Positions 26,401 to 39,959 of a DNA stretch of 64,000 bases are shown here, one piece after another. Origin of the DNA: Anolis carolinensis (lineage: Eukaryota); assembly GCF_035594765.1 (NCBI RefSeq), contig NC_085841.1:45677636-45741635 (forward strand), read 5' to 3'. The notes under the pieces are model-generated. The model worked only from the letters and a program-made list of their open reading frames with translations. It did no database searches and was not told where the DNA came from. The first letter of the stretch is position 1, and the number at the start of each line of letters is the position of its first letter. Made by a program: the position numbers and the translations under genes.

Positions 26401-28122
26401 GTTTTATGCATAACAACACCCCAGGTGCACTATTGTAAAAATAACAAAGAAATGGGGTTGCAAAAAAGTGCTTTAGCAGAAAAAATTCAAACCAAAAACA
26501 AACAAACTTGAAGTGTATTTCTGCACATTATAATTTCCCAAAACACTTTGGGATGTGTGAATATTGGGTGAAAGCTCTACAGAATTCTGGCCTTTGTCTT
26601 ATTCTTCCTGATTTATTTCCAAATGTCAGGAAACCCATTTTTCAGACAGGAAATGAATAGCAGAAAATATTCCTTCCAGTACTATATCAACCTACGAGAG
26701 TCATTGGGATTTGCACAATGCACAATTGTTGGCAGAATAGCATCTTCAGTGTTTTTTTAAAGTGACTAACTCTTGTGAATGTATTACATAAATCTCTATA
26801 TTGAATACCATTTTATAAGATGCTTAAGGGGAGTATTCATTTCATACTTGTTCTGGGGTCTTTTTTTCTGCCCAGATATAGCACAATGACTCCACTTTAA
26901 CTGCTATGTCTACATTCTATTTGCATTTAGAGAGAGAGAGAGCTAGGGAATTGGTAGAGAGCTCTGATTCTTGTAACAAAGCTACAAACCCAGGTTCCAG
27001 GGGATCCAGCCATGGCAACTAAAGTAAAATCGGTGTGTTATGTAATATGAAAGGACTGTTGGTTAACTCATTATTGGACCTTAGAGAATTCTTTGCTTAA
27101 TAGCTTTTCAGGTAATACTTTTATTTCTGCTTCTTCTTCAAGGCAGTGCATTTAGTCCAATAGCTAGCTACTGTAATAACATCCATACTCATGTTGCTGT
27201 AGCAATATAACATATATACACACAGACACATTGCATAACAACAACTTGTATTTATAAAAGTCTTTCCACCAGAGCTAAAGGTTATGTTTTCATAATTTTT
27301 CATACTTGAGAATGGGTTCATTTGTGGAATACTAATAGTTTTACTAATTTCTTACAAACTCACTAAGTTTAATTTCAGCTACTCTTTCGTATCCTGATGT
27401 GAAGGTTTTTTACTATCCCATGTTGCCACGTATGCTGTAGCTTTTCAGACTACTCATTTTGGCATCCTTTCTTCCTCTTGTATATATAGATTCTCGTGAA
27501 ATTATTCCCATGTGTACATTATTATGAAATATGTTCATTCTCGTGTAACATATAAAATAAAAGTTAGAGCTAGTCAAAGATTTCTTTTCAGGAGGGCAGC
27601 CATAGTTAAAATCTATTCTGGAATCCTTTGTGTTCTCACATCTATCATGAATTTCCCTGAGGAAGCTTGAAGCTAGTCTGGATCTTCCAGCACTAACAAA
27701 AATTGATTTAAAATAGAATTACCAAGGTATGATTTTGACCCTTCTCATGATATAAAATAATCTCATCCAACAACAATCCAGGATAGAGTGCAGTGGAGGC
27801 ACCCAGAAATGTAACTGAATTCTGTATAAAACAACCAAATCCCTTGATGTTTTTCTGAGGTATAACCTGGCTAAAATCTACTCCCTCCCCCTTGTATATA
27901 GCTCAGGTTTTTTTTTTAGAAATTACATGGCAATTATTTTCATAGTTATTTGTAAACTAAAACAGTGCCATAAATGGATAATTGGTGAGTGTTTACAAAT
28001 ATTAGATGTGTGGTGAATATGCAATAATTCAAGTTGATAGAAAAATCTGTTTAGGAAAAATGATGTAATCGGCTAGAAAGGGGTGAGGAACTTATGGCAC
28101 TTCTGGTGTCTCACCTCCTGCT

Positions 28123-28409
28123 TGGAGCCTCCGGTGGCCTAGGGGATAAAAGCCTTGTGACTTGAAGGTTGGGTTGCTGACCTGAAGACTGCCAGGTTCG
28201 AATCCCACCCGGGGAGAGCGTGGATGAGCTCCCTCTATCAGCTCCAGCTCCATGCGAGGACATGAGAGAAGCCTCCCACAAGGATGGTAAAACATCAAAA
28301 CATCCGGGCGTCCCCTGGGCAACGTCCTTGCGGACGGCCAGTTCTCTCACTCCAGAAGCAACTCCGGTTGCTCCTGACACGAAAAAACAAAACAAAACAA
28401 AACAAAAAC
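28123..28409 (+). mobile_element. tRNA-derived SINE with A-rich tail (second family)
   Basis: A box ggtggcctagggg, B box ggttcgaatcc, (CAAAA)n tail, 9-bp TSD CCTCCTGCT at 28114-28122 and 28410-28418. Confidence 0.9.
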
Positions 28410-29648
28410 CCTCCTGCTCGGGAATCGTGGGGACTGCAATCAAGCAATATCTTCCCCTTTACCAATTTGCTAAAATTGAAAAATTAGATTTTGGGTGTCT
28501 TTTAAGAGCATGTGTGGCTTGTCATAGACTCACAGCCTAACCAGGCTCATAGGGACATGCTTCTTGGGAAAGGAAGGCACATATTTCAGAGTTGTAAGGC
28601 ACATGTTTTGTAATCACAAGAATCCAGGTACAGGCCTTGATAGCACCATTTGAAACTAACAGATGATGACACCTTGTATTAACACAGCCAAAATAGATAA
28701 TACCGGGCTATATGGCCAGATTGTTCCATCTAGCATGAGGCAACTTCCTATGTATCTATGAAGCAATGTCCCATAACAGATGATGAATATGTAGTTAACC
28801 TAATTTTTAATGATTATTTGTATTATTTGGAGGAAGATGCTGTTCATTAATAGAATTTGTTTTAGGTGTATTTGTGCCACTCTTGGAGAAAACTTTTAGA
28901 GCAATAGCTAAGAGACACATTTTTTTACAAATACAGTGTACCTGGCAAAATAATCTAGCTTCCACATTTCACAGTACATTTCTGGTCCCATCTAAAGCAT
29001 CTTTCATCCACATAGATCAAACTTCTATCTGTCAGAAATACGTAGGAAATTTCTTCCAAGCATAACATTTTATTTTCACTTTCTTGATTGCTAAAGATAC
29101 CAGTGGCAGGTCTCCCTAAACATTCATGTGGACCTCACATTGACCATTGCATGTCTTCAGTATAAAACTGTACCCAAGCTCATACTTGGTATGGATCCAG
29201 CTACTGTGTCAAACTGAGTTCCCTTCAGGGTGAGAAGGGCGGAATATAACTACTGTAAATAAATAAATAAATAATTCCATATGTATCCATCCCTAATCTC
29301 GATAAAGCTTCTTAATTTGGAACCTCCAGTTAACTATATACTTTGATGACTAAATACTTTTTCCCTTGTTTAGTTTCATGTTACATTCTTTGACCAAGGG
29401 GATATACAGAGCCAGCCCCTACTGAATTAAAATGATTTGGTGTGTATTAAACACTGGATGCCTTTGAGCTTATGTTATATGAAATACTTACAACTTCCAC
29501 CACTACTTTTAAATATTTGTGGGAAACCTTTTAAAATGCTGGTAGCAACTCTGAATGAATTATTAAAAGCTTTTTTCCATTACTAAATTTATGAATGGGC
29601 TTCTGGAACTTGCTTTTTCTTCCACTCTGCTTGGCTTGCAGATTTTCA

Positions 29649-29655
<7 letters not shown>

Positions 29656-29693
<38 letters not shown>
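29656..29693. repeat. (GT)n microsatellite
   Basis: Seen directly. Confidence 0.95.
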
Positions 29694-29697
<4 letters not shown>

Positions 29698-29995
29698 GGC
29701 ACAAAATTGCATTTCCATGGCAGCAACTATGGCACTATTCTGTGATTTTTTTTTTCCAAAACTGTTTACTAAATGAAGTAATGCTTTGAGATACATAAGG
29801 AATAAATTACTTCTCATGGAATTGGCACTGACAAGGAAGTTTGGCAGATCTCTTCTGTAATGCCATAGAATATGTAGCAATATTAAGTGTATTTGCGGGT
29901 AAAGTTAAAAAAAATTGAGGAAGTTCTTAGTTAAATTATTGATTTTTGGGATCCTGAATAGTTTTTAACTCAACTGTATTTTGCCTCTTCTACAG

Positions 29996-30046
29996 ACCAT
30001 CTGAAGGAAGAGATAATTCAGAGACACATGCAAAAAGCAGCTCAAG
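29996..30046 (+). CDS. KIF6: KIF6 coding exon (HLKEEIIQRHMQKAAQ)
   Basis: ttctacag| acceptor, |gtaggt donor, phase 1-1. Confidence 0.92.
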
Positions 30047-31684
30047 GTAGGTATATTGCAGTAGTACTCAAAACTTTTCCAGACAGGAGTTTTGCTACTG
30101 GCAAATGTAGACTAACTTTCTGCCTACAGACGCCATGATATCAACTACAAACTCTCACTCTAATGTTATTTGAACAATCTTCTTCATATTCTTCAACAGC
30201 AGATAATGAAATAACGTTTTCTCACCATACACAAATTTATCTGCCTTTTTAGTAGTAGCCACAGAATACCTCGCTGAAAATACTGTTCTCCACGAACCCA
30301 AAAGCTAACTTCATTTGAGCCATATTGATTTATGCCTGGGGTTTCAGTTATCCTGAAATGAACTGGGAAACCATAGCTTATCTGAACAGATAGAAAAACA
30401 TGTGTGCTCTCTGTATTTACAAACTTCTTCATGTGGACTCTTCCCAAATGTTTAATTATTCTTCATTAATCATAGAAAATGATGCAGGGATGCTTGCAAT
30501 AAATAATTCATTTGGATTATATCAAGGTAAATAAATAACACATTCCATTGGGAAAACATAAGAGACTGACTGTAGAAACTAAATAACACTGCAATTCCCA
30601 ATAGTTTCCCTCTGTATAAAGAAGAGGCCATAGATTTTCATATACTATGTTTAAGTAAATAATGTGTTTTGGGACTTTTGTCTTCCCCCTGCTTCTGTTA
30701 AGGGTTAGAAACATCACCAAAAACAACAAGCTAACATTGTAGAACTCATGGCACAAAATGCTCAGAATCATACCAGGATTATTACCAAGAGCTTTATTTG
30801 TCCCCTTTTAAATCCCTCTGAATGTTTTTGCGTCCTACTTCCTGTAGTTTACTATGTTGAGCTCTATTAGGTTCCAGCTAGAAGAAGTAACATGAAGTAG
30901 GCAATTCAGTTTTGAAAGTGCTGCTTTAACTACTTCAAAATTCTAGACTGCTTTCATAAAAATGTTTTTATCTCTGTATTGTTTTTAATTGATTTTATTT
31001 GTTTTTCATCTTGGGAGCCTTTGTGGTTTGAATAGAATAGAACTTGATTTATATCCTGCCCCCTCTCCAAAAGGACTCAGTGTGGCTTACAACAAATTAA
31101 TATAGACCAAGCAGAATAAAAACATAATACATAATGACAAAATCAAAAAAACATCGCAACTAACTAATAATATCATAATAAAACACACAGATTAAAATTG
31201 GCAGGATTTAAAACACATTGTGCACCAGGGCAAAACTAGTCCAAACCAGTTGGTGTTTGTACAACTATAAAAGACACCATCATAATAAGTTATAGTTTCA
31301 AAAGCAATACAGAAATATTTTAAGTAAATAAATGACATACATTCAAAAATAAAAAATAAGCAGCTGATTAATAGTTTTACAATCAGAAGACCTTGTAGAA
31401 TATCTTATTCTACTACTTTGGTCATTTGTTCTTTTAAATGTATTTAATGTTTTGACCCAATTATTACTGTGTTGGTTGTGGATCCTTATTTCTTGCTTTA
31501 TTATATTCTGTCAGATGGAAACACCTGTCAGTTTTCCTAGGAACTGTCTTGATAGCCATAAAGACATCAAGGCATTCATGAAAGAAAACAGCTTGGTAAC
31601 AAGCCTAATTAAAGTTTTGAACGCATTGTGTCTGTTTGAAATCTTGATATTAAATTTTTCTAGTTGGCTGTTTGGAGATTGTTT

Positions 31685-31873
31685 TGTTGTTTATTCATTC
31701 AGTCACCTCCGACTATTTGTAACCTCATGGACCAGCCCACGCCAGAACTCCCTGTCAGCCGTCGCCACCCCCAGCTCCTTCAAAGTCAAGCCAGTCACTT
31801 CAAAACTACCATCCATCCATCTTGCTCTTGTTCGGCCCCTCTTCCTTTTTCCTTCCATTTTCCCCAGCATCAT
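31685..31873 (-). mobile_element. RTE/BovB LINE 3' fragment
   Basis: Translates to MLGKMEGKRKRGR.RARWMD..., the RTE ORF C-terminus; (CAA)n-like tail. Confidence 0.85.
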
Positions 31874-33033
31874 TACACTTCTGACTGGTGTGAATGAAAC
31901 TAGAACTGAATTAAACATTGGGTTGTTGTGCACTTTCCGGGCTGTATGGCCATGTTCCAGAAGGATTAAACATTTCTAAATATTTTATTATTATTTTACT
32001 ATTTTTATTTATGTTGGATTCAGTGATACAGTACATTCTCCTCTTTTGAATATTTATGTTTTAAATCTGAAATACTAATAATTCACAGCTGTCTTTATGA
32101 ATTGACATTTACAGCTACCACATGCAGTGCTGTGGACACACTTCCTGGAGTGACCTCTAGTGGTATTTTAGGCAATTTCACTTATCTATGGCTATGGAGA
32201 AAATTAATTTCCAAGACTTTCATGAAAATATTATTATTATTGCTACCTTTTCCTTTGAAATTGCAAAGGAATTTATTGTAGCTCACACCAAATAATATAT
32301 TTATTATAAAGGTGTTCCCAAAGTCTCTAACATAGGAACAATTAACAAAATCATATTGACTACAACTTCCCATGTCCCTATGTATGGCAACTTTTGGGAC
32401 ATCCTGTAGAATGATATATAATAGAGATTAATCCAGAATATAAACAATGAGATATTAATTAAAAGTGTGCATTTCCATCCCCTAGCAGCATCCCTATTTT
32501 CTCTCTTTGGCCCAATACAAGGTACATCCCAAACTGATGACTTGAGGATTCTCATGAATTATAGCAATGCCTCTGTTCTCGCCCCAAACCTCCAACTTTT
32601 CTTGGTGCAGCACTGAGTCTATAGATGGGCAAAGCTGACAGGGATCAGCTTCTCCAAGCTCATCCACACAATTATCTGTGATACATTTTATCATGAATAA
32701 TCAAAAGACCTGCTTTACTTTGTTTAATGAAAGAAAATTAAGTAAAAATAGTACAACAGTAAAGATCTAAAGAAATGAGTACAATTATAACTACATTGGA
32801 TTTTTCTGGATCGAACCTCTCAAAATGTATGTTTGACATTCATTTGGATTATATCAAGGTAAATAAATGACACTTGCATTCCATTGGAAAAACATAAGAT
32901 TAGATCATTATTCCGGATTCAGTTTGCTTTGTTAATGTAGTACTGAAATGCAACTTTGGCTTGATACTTATTTTCAATACTTTTTGGAAAGCCAGAATAA
33001 AGTTGTCCAGGACCCTTCCAGCAGAAGTCTTGC

Positions 33034-33420
33034 TTTTTTATTGTGTCAGAAGCGACTTGAGAACATACTGCAAGTTGCTTCTGGTGTGAGAGAACTGGCG
33101 TCTACAGAGACATTGCCCAGGGAACGCCCAGATGTGTAAGCTGGGAGGCTTCTCTCATGTCCCCACAAGCTAGAGCTGACAGACAAGAGCCCACCCCATC
33201 TCGCAGATTTGAACCGGCAACCTTCAGGTCAGCAGTTCAGTCAGCACAAGGGTTTAACCCAGTGGTTCTCAATCTGTGGGTCCCCAGGTGTTTTGGCTTC
33301 CAACTCCCAGAAATTCCAGCCAGTTTACCAGCTGTTAGTATTTCTTGGAGTTGAAGGCCACAACATCTGGGGACCTACAGGTGGAGAACCTCTGGTTTAA
33401 CCCATTGCACCATTGCGGCT
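33034..33420 (-). mobile_element. SINE (family of 28123-28409) interrupted by a hAT MITE
   Basis: Reverse-complement similarity on both sides of the MITE. Confidence 0.8.
33260..33394. mobile_element. hAT-type MITE nested in a SINE
   Basis: TIRs plus 8-bp TSD GTTTAACC at 33252-33259 and 33395-33402. Confidence 0.9.
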
Positions 33421-33442
33421 TTTAGAACTCATGCTGTAACTA

Positions 33443-33785
33443 CAGTGTTCCCTCACTTATCGCTGGGGTTAGGTTCCAGGACCACCCGCAATAAGTGAAA
33501 ATCTGCGAAGTAGGGATGCTATATTTATTTTAATATTTATACATTATTTTAGTAGTTATACACTATTTTAAGTCTTTATCAACCAATCGTATGTTGATAA
33601 ATCACCACCTTCACTTCCAGTTGCTGCCTGGGCTCCTTTTCTCTCCCTTTGGCCTCTCCTTCCTCCCTTCCATAGGCTGTAAATTGTAATTTTTTATGAT
33701 TTATAATAGTCCTTTAGAATTTATAGAAAAACCGCAAAACAGCGAATTCATGAAAAGTGAACCGCAAAGTAGTGAGGGAACAGTG
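33443..33785. mobile_element. Tc1/mariner-superfamily MITE
   Basis: TIR cagtgttccctcact / agtgagggaacagtg with TA on both flanks. Confidence 0.85.
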
Positions 33786-36193
33786 TAATTCTAAATTGTC
33801 TCACTTTTCCTATTTTTTAAATATCTTTTGTCCAGTACAATGCTTAGTCCTAATAATGTCAATAATAATTCGAAATCTATGCTTTCATCAGTTTAGAAGC
33901 TTCACAAGGTCTGAAAGTCCAAGCACATATTCCACCAGAACAATCTACTCATGTCCCATTTGAACCACTGCCACCTTTGCTTCTTATGTATAGTAAAAAA
34001 AGAAAAAAAAGAAATGTGTTTTAATATATTGCATGTAAGAGCTTCTACTTGCGTTTTTGGCAAATGTATTCTAGGTATTATCTGATTCCATGCAGTTATT
34101 GCTCTACTTTGGCAAGGATTTGTCTCATGAACATTTTTCATTTTGACTTGTTGAAGTATACAGTGTCAGTTACATGAAGTCTGTATTTGTATGCAACTCG
34201 CAGTACCAAGTAGATTGAGGTGGGGAGGCCTGAAGCTGATTCTGGCCACACACATTCAGTCAAATACACAGCTAGCCAACACATAGGAAATGTTTATAGA
34301 ATGTGTAGGATTGTATCAGCTGCCTTTCTAGAAAAACCATTTGGGTTTGAGTAGAAACCAGGATTCGTGTTACATACTCGTATCTGTCTATATCAATCTC
34401 TACCTCCTTCTTACTGTGATTGCTTCTCTCCTAAATTTTTGTTTTTCAAGCTCTGTTCTCAGTAAATGTGCTTTTGAAGCAACAATTTCTTAGATTCCAT
34501 CTACCTATTTGCACGATAAACCAGCTGCTCATCTATCATACCAGGTAACTGACTAAAATAATTTCAAGGTGGCATAAACTTCTGTTTTTAAAGGAAAACA
34601 GACTTCTGACTGCACCTGTAGTTCATTGACCAACTGTTAGGGATTGAACAAGGGGTTTAAAAGCAAGAGATTATAAGCATCAATCAAAGGCAAATGCAAA
34701 GAGGTGTTGATCTTTCTGAGCGGCTCAACAGCCATGTTGTTTCTTTGTTATGGTTTGAACTCTGCTCTAAATTTGGGAAAAGCCAGAGACAAATCCAATC
34801 TAAGCTGTGAAGCTCACTGGGTGGTCTCAATACATCACTGTATTTCAGCAAACCTACCTCACAGAATTGTGTGGTTCAAAGGATACTATATATCACCAAT
34901 GACAAAGCAGATATATTTCTTTTACATTATGGGACACTATAAGTGAAAATCCAACTATTAGTGGATTTGCTGAATCAATGGGACTGTAAAAGTTTACTTA
35001 AGATGTCTTTATTCAAGAAATCTGCTTTAGCCAGGATTTAGCCCTAAAATCTTCTTGTTTAAAGTTTCAGGGACTACTGTGGCTGCAAAATAGAGACAGT
35101 CAGGAATGGCCAATTAGCACATATTTTGAATCTGTACATACTATAATTAGATTTTTGAAAACCAATTTACTCACCTAGTTTTTTTAAAAAATCATCTTTT
35201 CAAGAATCATATACACATTTCCAAATAAATAATTTAGGACATAAAATAACATAAAATGATACTTATTGTTCTCAAATGAGAAGTAATGTAAAAAGCAATA
35301 ATGTGGAAGAGGAACAAATTCAGAACCCACCATGCTTTAAAAGCCTGCTGGGAGAGAGGGTCTTGGCCGACTACTAAAAGCAAGCCACAAGTATGCCAGA
35401 TATCCTGTTTGGCAGTGCTTTCCAACATCTTGATGTGACTACACATTACCAAAGGTCCTACACTTCTGGTAAACTACTGTTTTATGAGGAAATGGATCAG
35501 AATAGGTATATGCTTACAGTTAGTTCTTACGCAGATTAGAGAAAATATGTGAAAATTACAAGTATATAAAGCAGTTTTAGTTCAGAATATCACCTGTTAA
35601 TTTCTGAAGCTGTATGCATACCTTCTACATTTTCCTCCATCATCCATCAAACTTTTTTAGTTGTGCAAGGTTTTTTAGTTTTTCTTTTGTCTTCCCACTT
35701 GCCCCCTTTCTCTACAGCTTCCTTTACTTGTTTTTTTTTATTCAGTCACTAAAAATGGAATGGTCCCGGATTCCATCGAAAGTACTTTGGCACCAGCTTC
35801 CTAATTGTCTGTCTATTCAGTTTTGCTACTTTCACAAATTCATCTTAGAGCTTTCAAACCCTCTGGGTTGCCCTGTTGATTTTAGTCTGAGCACTAAATT
35901 CAGAGAAGTTTGCTATCATCCAGAAACTTACTACCTTTTAAATGATAGGGACCTTTATCAGTCAGTCATCTATTCCCATTTTTATGGATGGTGTAATATC
36001 TAGTAAAGATATGGCCAGGATATAGGAAAGCATGAGAATTCTAGCCAGCATGCAAATTATATTATACTGAAAACTAAAATTAAGGTTGGGAAGAGGAGAC
36101 AACAGTTGAATATTGGAATTATTGTCATGAACCAGCAATTAAACTGGCTAGAGAAAGACCATGGGAGCATATCATGTAAGGTGGTAGTGGTGG

Positions 36194-37378
36194 TGTTGAG
36201 ACACAGAGGCCTTAAAGAGCCACATACACTATTTAGTCCAACAAAAAGTTTATTGCAAAAAGCTCAGAGAAATTTAACCTCAGTGTCTCTGGCCAAAACT
36301 CAAAGAATTTACCCAAACTGGGCTCCAAAAGGCAAACGGAAAATAATCTGGGTTACACAGAAGGGAAAACCGGATTAAAAAGCAGTCAAAGTAACCAGCA
36401 AACAAGCAGCGCTGTACACAAGAGTTCTAACAGACAGCGCTGCTCCCAAAGAGTTAACTGCAAGAAGGAGTTGCCAAAGACAGCCGTAGTCCAAGAGTCA
36501 TTGCTGAAGAAAGCCAAAGGATACGTCGTTTTCAAGTTGTCAAATAAAGTCGTCGACAAGTCAGTCCACAATCCAGGGAGGGAGAAAGCCACACTCACGA
36601 GAAGTCAGTCCAAGTTGAAGATTCTCAGGTAACACGAACTCCAGGCTGCAGAACCCGAACCCAAAACCCAACACAAGAACAGGCAGCGACAAATACACAC
36701 TATACGTAACCGACACTTTGCCTTCTGCAAAGATTCCCACTGCAGAGACTACTTTTAACTTACACATCATTATCTGATGATGAGCTGGCCTCCACCCCAT
36801 CATCATCTCTTACAGCTGTCCTTGTCTTCACACATGAACCCCTGTTTCCATCCCTCCAGTTCCTCCATCTCTTGTCAAGACTTAGGCTTCCCCATGATTC
36901 TGATGTATCTCCCCTTTGCCAATCCTCATGTACCAAAACCCCCACAAACGTGTCACTAGAGGTTGGGTCTCCACATATATCCCTTATCTCTTGTACCTTA
37001 GTCCAATCCATCGTGTTCTCCCCATCCTAATCACTCCCAGACCCATCATTCCCAGAGAAACCCATAAACGACTCATCATCTGTGGGAGCAGTAAGTATAT
37101 CCCGGATCTTCTTCCTCTCTCGTTCTTCATCTGATTCCTGCTCCCGAGTAACCCTCTTTGTGCCTCTATTCCCATCCACCACATCTCCTTCCTCGCTCAT
37201 TGACTCCCCGCCACTTGAAAACCCTTCGAATGTGTCTTCATCAGTAGGTGCCATAAGTATATCCCGGATCCTTTTCCTTTGCTGTTCTTTTTCTGACACC
37301 TGCTCGCGAGTAGCCCTTTTCCCCCTTCTGGTACTCATATTACTGCTTGCAACATTACTTACTGGCTCTACTACAACA
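36194..37378 (-). mobile_element. Solo Gypsy-type LTR (LTR-C, 1185 bp)
   Basis: TGT...ACA termini; 5-bp TSD GGTGG at 36189-36193 and 37379-37383; minus-strand AATAAA near 36250. Confidence 0.9.
36760..37377 (-). pseudogene. LTR-C U3-encoded frame (~205 codons, one internal TAG at 37027-37029) with three IRDI..PT..[ST]FxG repeats
   Basis: ORFs 37027..37413 and 36760..37011 are in the same frame; 54-aa repeat period; synonymous differences between repeats. Confidence 0.65.
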
Positions 37379-38111
37379 GGTGGTGATGGGGGGGATCCTA
37401 GATTGAACCCCATTTATCAGTACATGTAGGATAACTGTACTGGCCTAAGTAGTTCAAATGACTTTTCTTTCCGAAATAAAAGCAAACCAACATGGGTTCA
37501 TATAATGATGGAAACTAATTGTCCATTGTTTATAGTAAGCAAAATGGAGCATTTCATACAATTAGTGTGTGGAATGTGTCTTAAAAACAGATTGCACGTT
37601 CAGAGAAGAAAAGGGGCTACTGGCTGAAAAAAAATAAAAATGTGCACATGATGCACACAAGTTAAAACATAATAGCAGTATTACATAGACATTCCAGATG
37701 AATGTGTCCAGAAAAAAATACCAACCTCTCTATTCTGTGCAAGAATTATTCTAACCTAAATACCCATGTCAGATAACCATATAACTCAACATTTTGTATT
37801 CTCTCCCAGAATGAGATTACTTTGGAAATACTAGAAGAATAAACTTAAAGTTTACAAACTTTAAACTCATCTAGCAAATTCATTCTTTTCCCCTAATGCC
37901 AACAGAGAGTTGGGCATACTTAGGACCATCAAAATCAGTGGACTTCAATACATGTAATTCTGTGTTGTCTGTAAAAGCCTTCACTAGAAACTGGCCTCTC
38001 TAGATAAATCAGTTGTGCCATACTTGTAAGATAACTGTCTTTCTGGTGCAGAAACATGTACCTTTAGCCCTACATTTGACAGTAATTGCTAACATGCATT
38101 ATATCTTCCAG

Positions 38112-38193
38112 CTGTTGTCAGTCCTCGAGAAATGAATGAACCTGATCCAGTAGAAGAAGCACTTCGGGCACAAATTGAAAAAGAGAAGATAAG
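38112..38193 (+). CDS. KIF6: KIF6 coding exon (VVSPREMNEPDPVEEALRAQIEKEKI)
   Basis: cttccag| acceptor, |gttatt donor (weak), phase 1-2, frame continuous with neighbours. Confidence 0.88.
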
Positions 38194-38624
38194 GTTATTT
38201 TAGTTTAGTTTTTACATTTTAAAAGGTTAGCTTTTATATGTATATGTTACCCATCTGCTATTACGACTTAGGTTACATGTATATGTTTCATATGTGCTAT
38301 TAAATTGGCTTGAGTGCACTATCTATGGTGTATACATCAACACTGAAGAAAAGGTACATCTGGTTAGATAGTCAAACAGTTGTAAGAGGTTATAATTCTC
38401 TTTCCCCCCTTAACTGAACTACTTAACATCTCCAGTTAAGTTTTCAGCATACCTATTAAGCATCAAATAAGGTGGAGAATTATGTGTGTGTTTGTGCACA
38501 TATACCATAGTACAGAAAGAGATGCATGCAAAAGATTTGCTTAAATGTGAATACTGTGTTCACTGAATCTGTCTGTCTATTGGTAGTACTTTGGATTAAC
38601 TTCATCACTTGTTGCAATTGAGAT

Positions 38625-39262
38625 TCAGATTCAGAATTTCTTATCTAGAATTCTGAAATCTAGAATATTCCAAAATCCAAAATTGTCCACATGGCTGGCT
38701 AAGATAGTTCAGCCTTTGCTTTCTGATGAGTCAGTGTAGATAAACTTCATTTTATGTATAAAATTATTTAAAACATGTCATAAAATTATCTTCAGGATAT
38801 GTGTATAAGATGTGGTGTATCTCTTGTGTTTAGACTTGGGTCCCATCTACAAGATATCTCATTAAATACATGCTGCTGCTGCTGCTCAGTTGTTTAGTCA
38901 TCTCCAACTGTTCGTGACCTCATGGACCAGCCCACACCAGAGCTCCCTGTCAGCCATCACCACCCCCAGTTCCTTCAAGGTCAAGCCAGTCACTTCAAGG
39001 ATACCGTCCATCCATCTTGCCCTTGGTCGGCCTCTCTTCCTTTTTCCTTCAATTTTCCCCAGGATCGTGATCTTTTCCAAGCTTTCCTGTCTCCTCATGA
39101 TGTGGCCAAAATACTTCAGCTTTGCCTCTAATATCGTTCCCTCCAGTGAGCATTAAATATATATATATATGCAAATATGGATATTTCAAAATACCAAATA
39201 ATCTAAAATCCAAAAACACTTCTCATCCCAAGGATTTCAGAAAAGGGATATTCAATCCATAC
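38625..39262. mobile_element. Tigger-like non-autonomous DNA element interrupted by BovB
   Basis: Reverse-complement similarity to 44690-44990; ends approximate. Confidence 0.55.
38872..39150 (-). mobile_element. RTE/BovB LINE 3' fragment
   Basis: YFGHIMRRQESLEK..ILGKIEGKRKRGRPRARWMD; (CAG)n tail; TSD cattaaata(c/t)at at 38860-38871 and 39151-39162. Confidence 0.9.
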
Positions 39263-39959
39263 AAAAAGCTTTCTTCTACTTAGAACGCTATAGCCAAACG
39301 GTTCTCATATTGCCAGCCAAGTTTTATGTGGAAGATGTAATTGAATAAAAGATAGGGGAACATATTTAGGAAATGTTTGGAGAACTGAGATATTTATTCT
39401 AAGGAAATGTTCATCTTCTTGTGTTATAAATATCAGAAATATCTGATGGTGGCAATTAGTTACTTCCTTTTTCCTGAACAGGGATTCAAGGTGGCTTACA
39501 AAGATTTCCTTCTGCTATACCTTTAAGCTTGGAACACACATTTATAGGATTCCTTAGTGATCTGCCCTTCATTCTGGTCTTTACATATGTTCTTTTGATT
39601 GTCATTTCCTCTTTCAGTTTGCTGTCCAGCCACATTAGCTTTTTGGCTTCAAATGTTTCCCATTTGTTTTCTTCCATGAGATTTTTTTTTATTGTGCTTT
39701 TTTCAACTATTTCTTCAAGAACTCCTGTCTTTGGTGGTGTTTTTAAGCATCTCTGGCCATAGAATTCCACTCAGAATTTCCCTGAGCTTATTTATTTATT
39801 TAATTTTTTAAAGTATTGCTATATCATCTCCCAGCCCACTAAGGCTTCCGAGATGAAGAATTTTTAAAAAAAATAAGCTTTCCTGAAAGTTTGTATCTGT
39901 CTATACTCCTCTTTGCTCTGTCTTGCAGTTGTGAATTCACTTCCCCCTGATGTAAATTC

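Noticed and set aside
28123-28210. tRNA gene (also at 5388 and 39960)
   Set aside because: A/B boxes belong to SINE heads; no cloverleaf, and TSD/tails are present.
36760-37320. CRISPR-like or satellite array
   Set aside because: Eukaryotic context; only three diverged units whose conservation is at the codon level.
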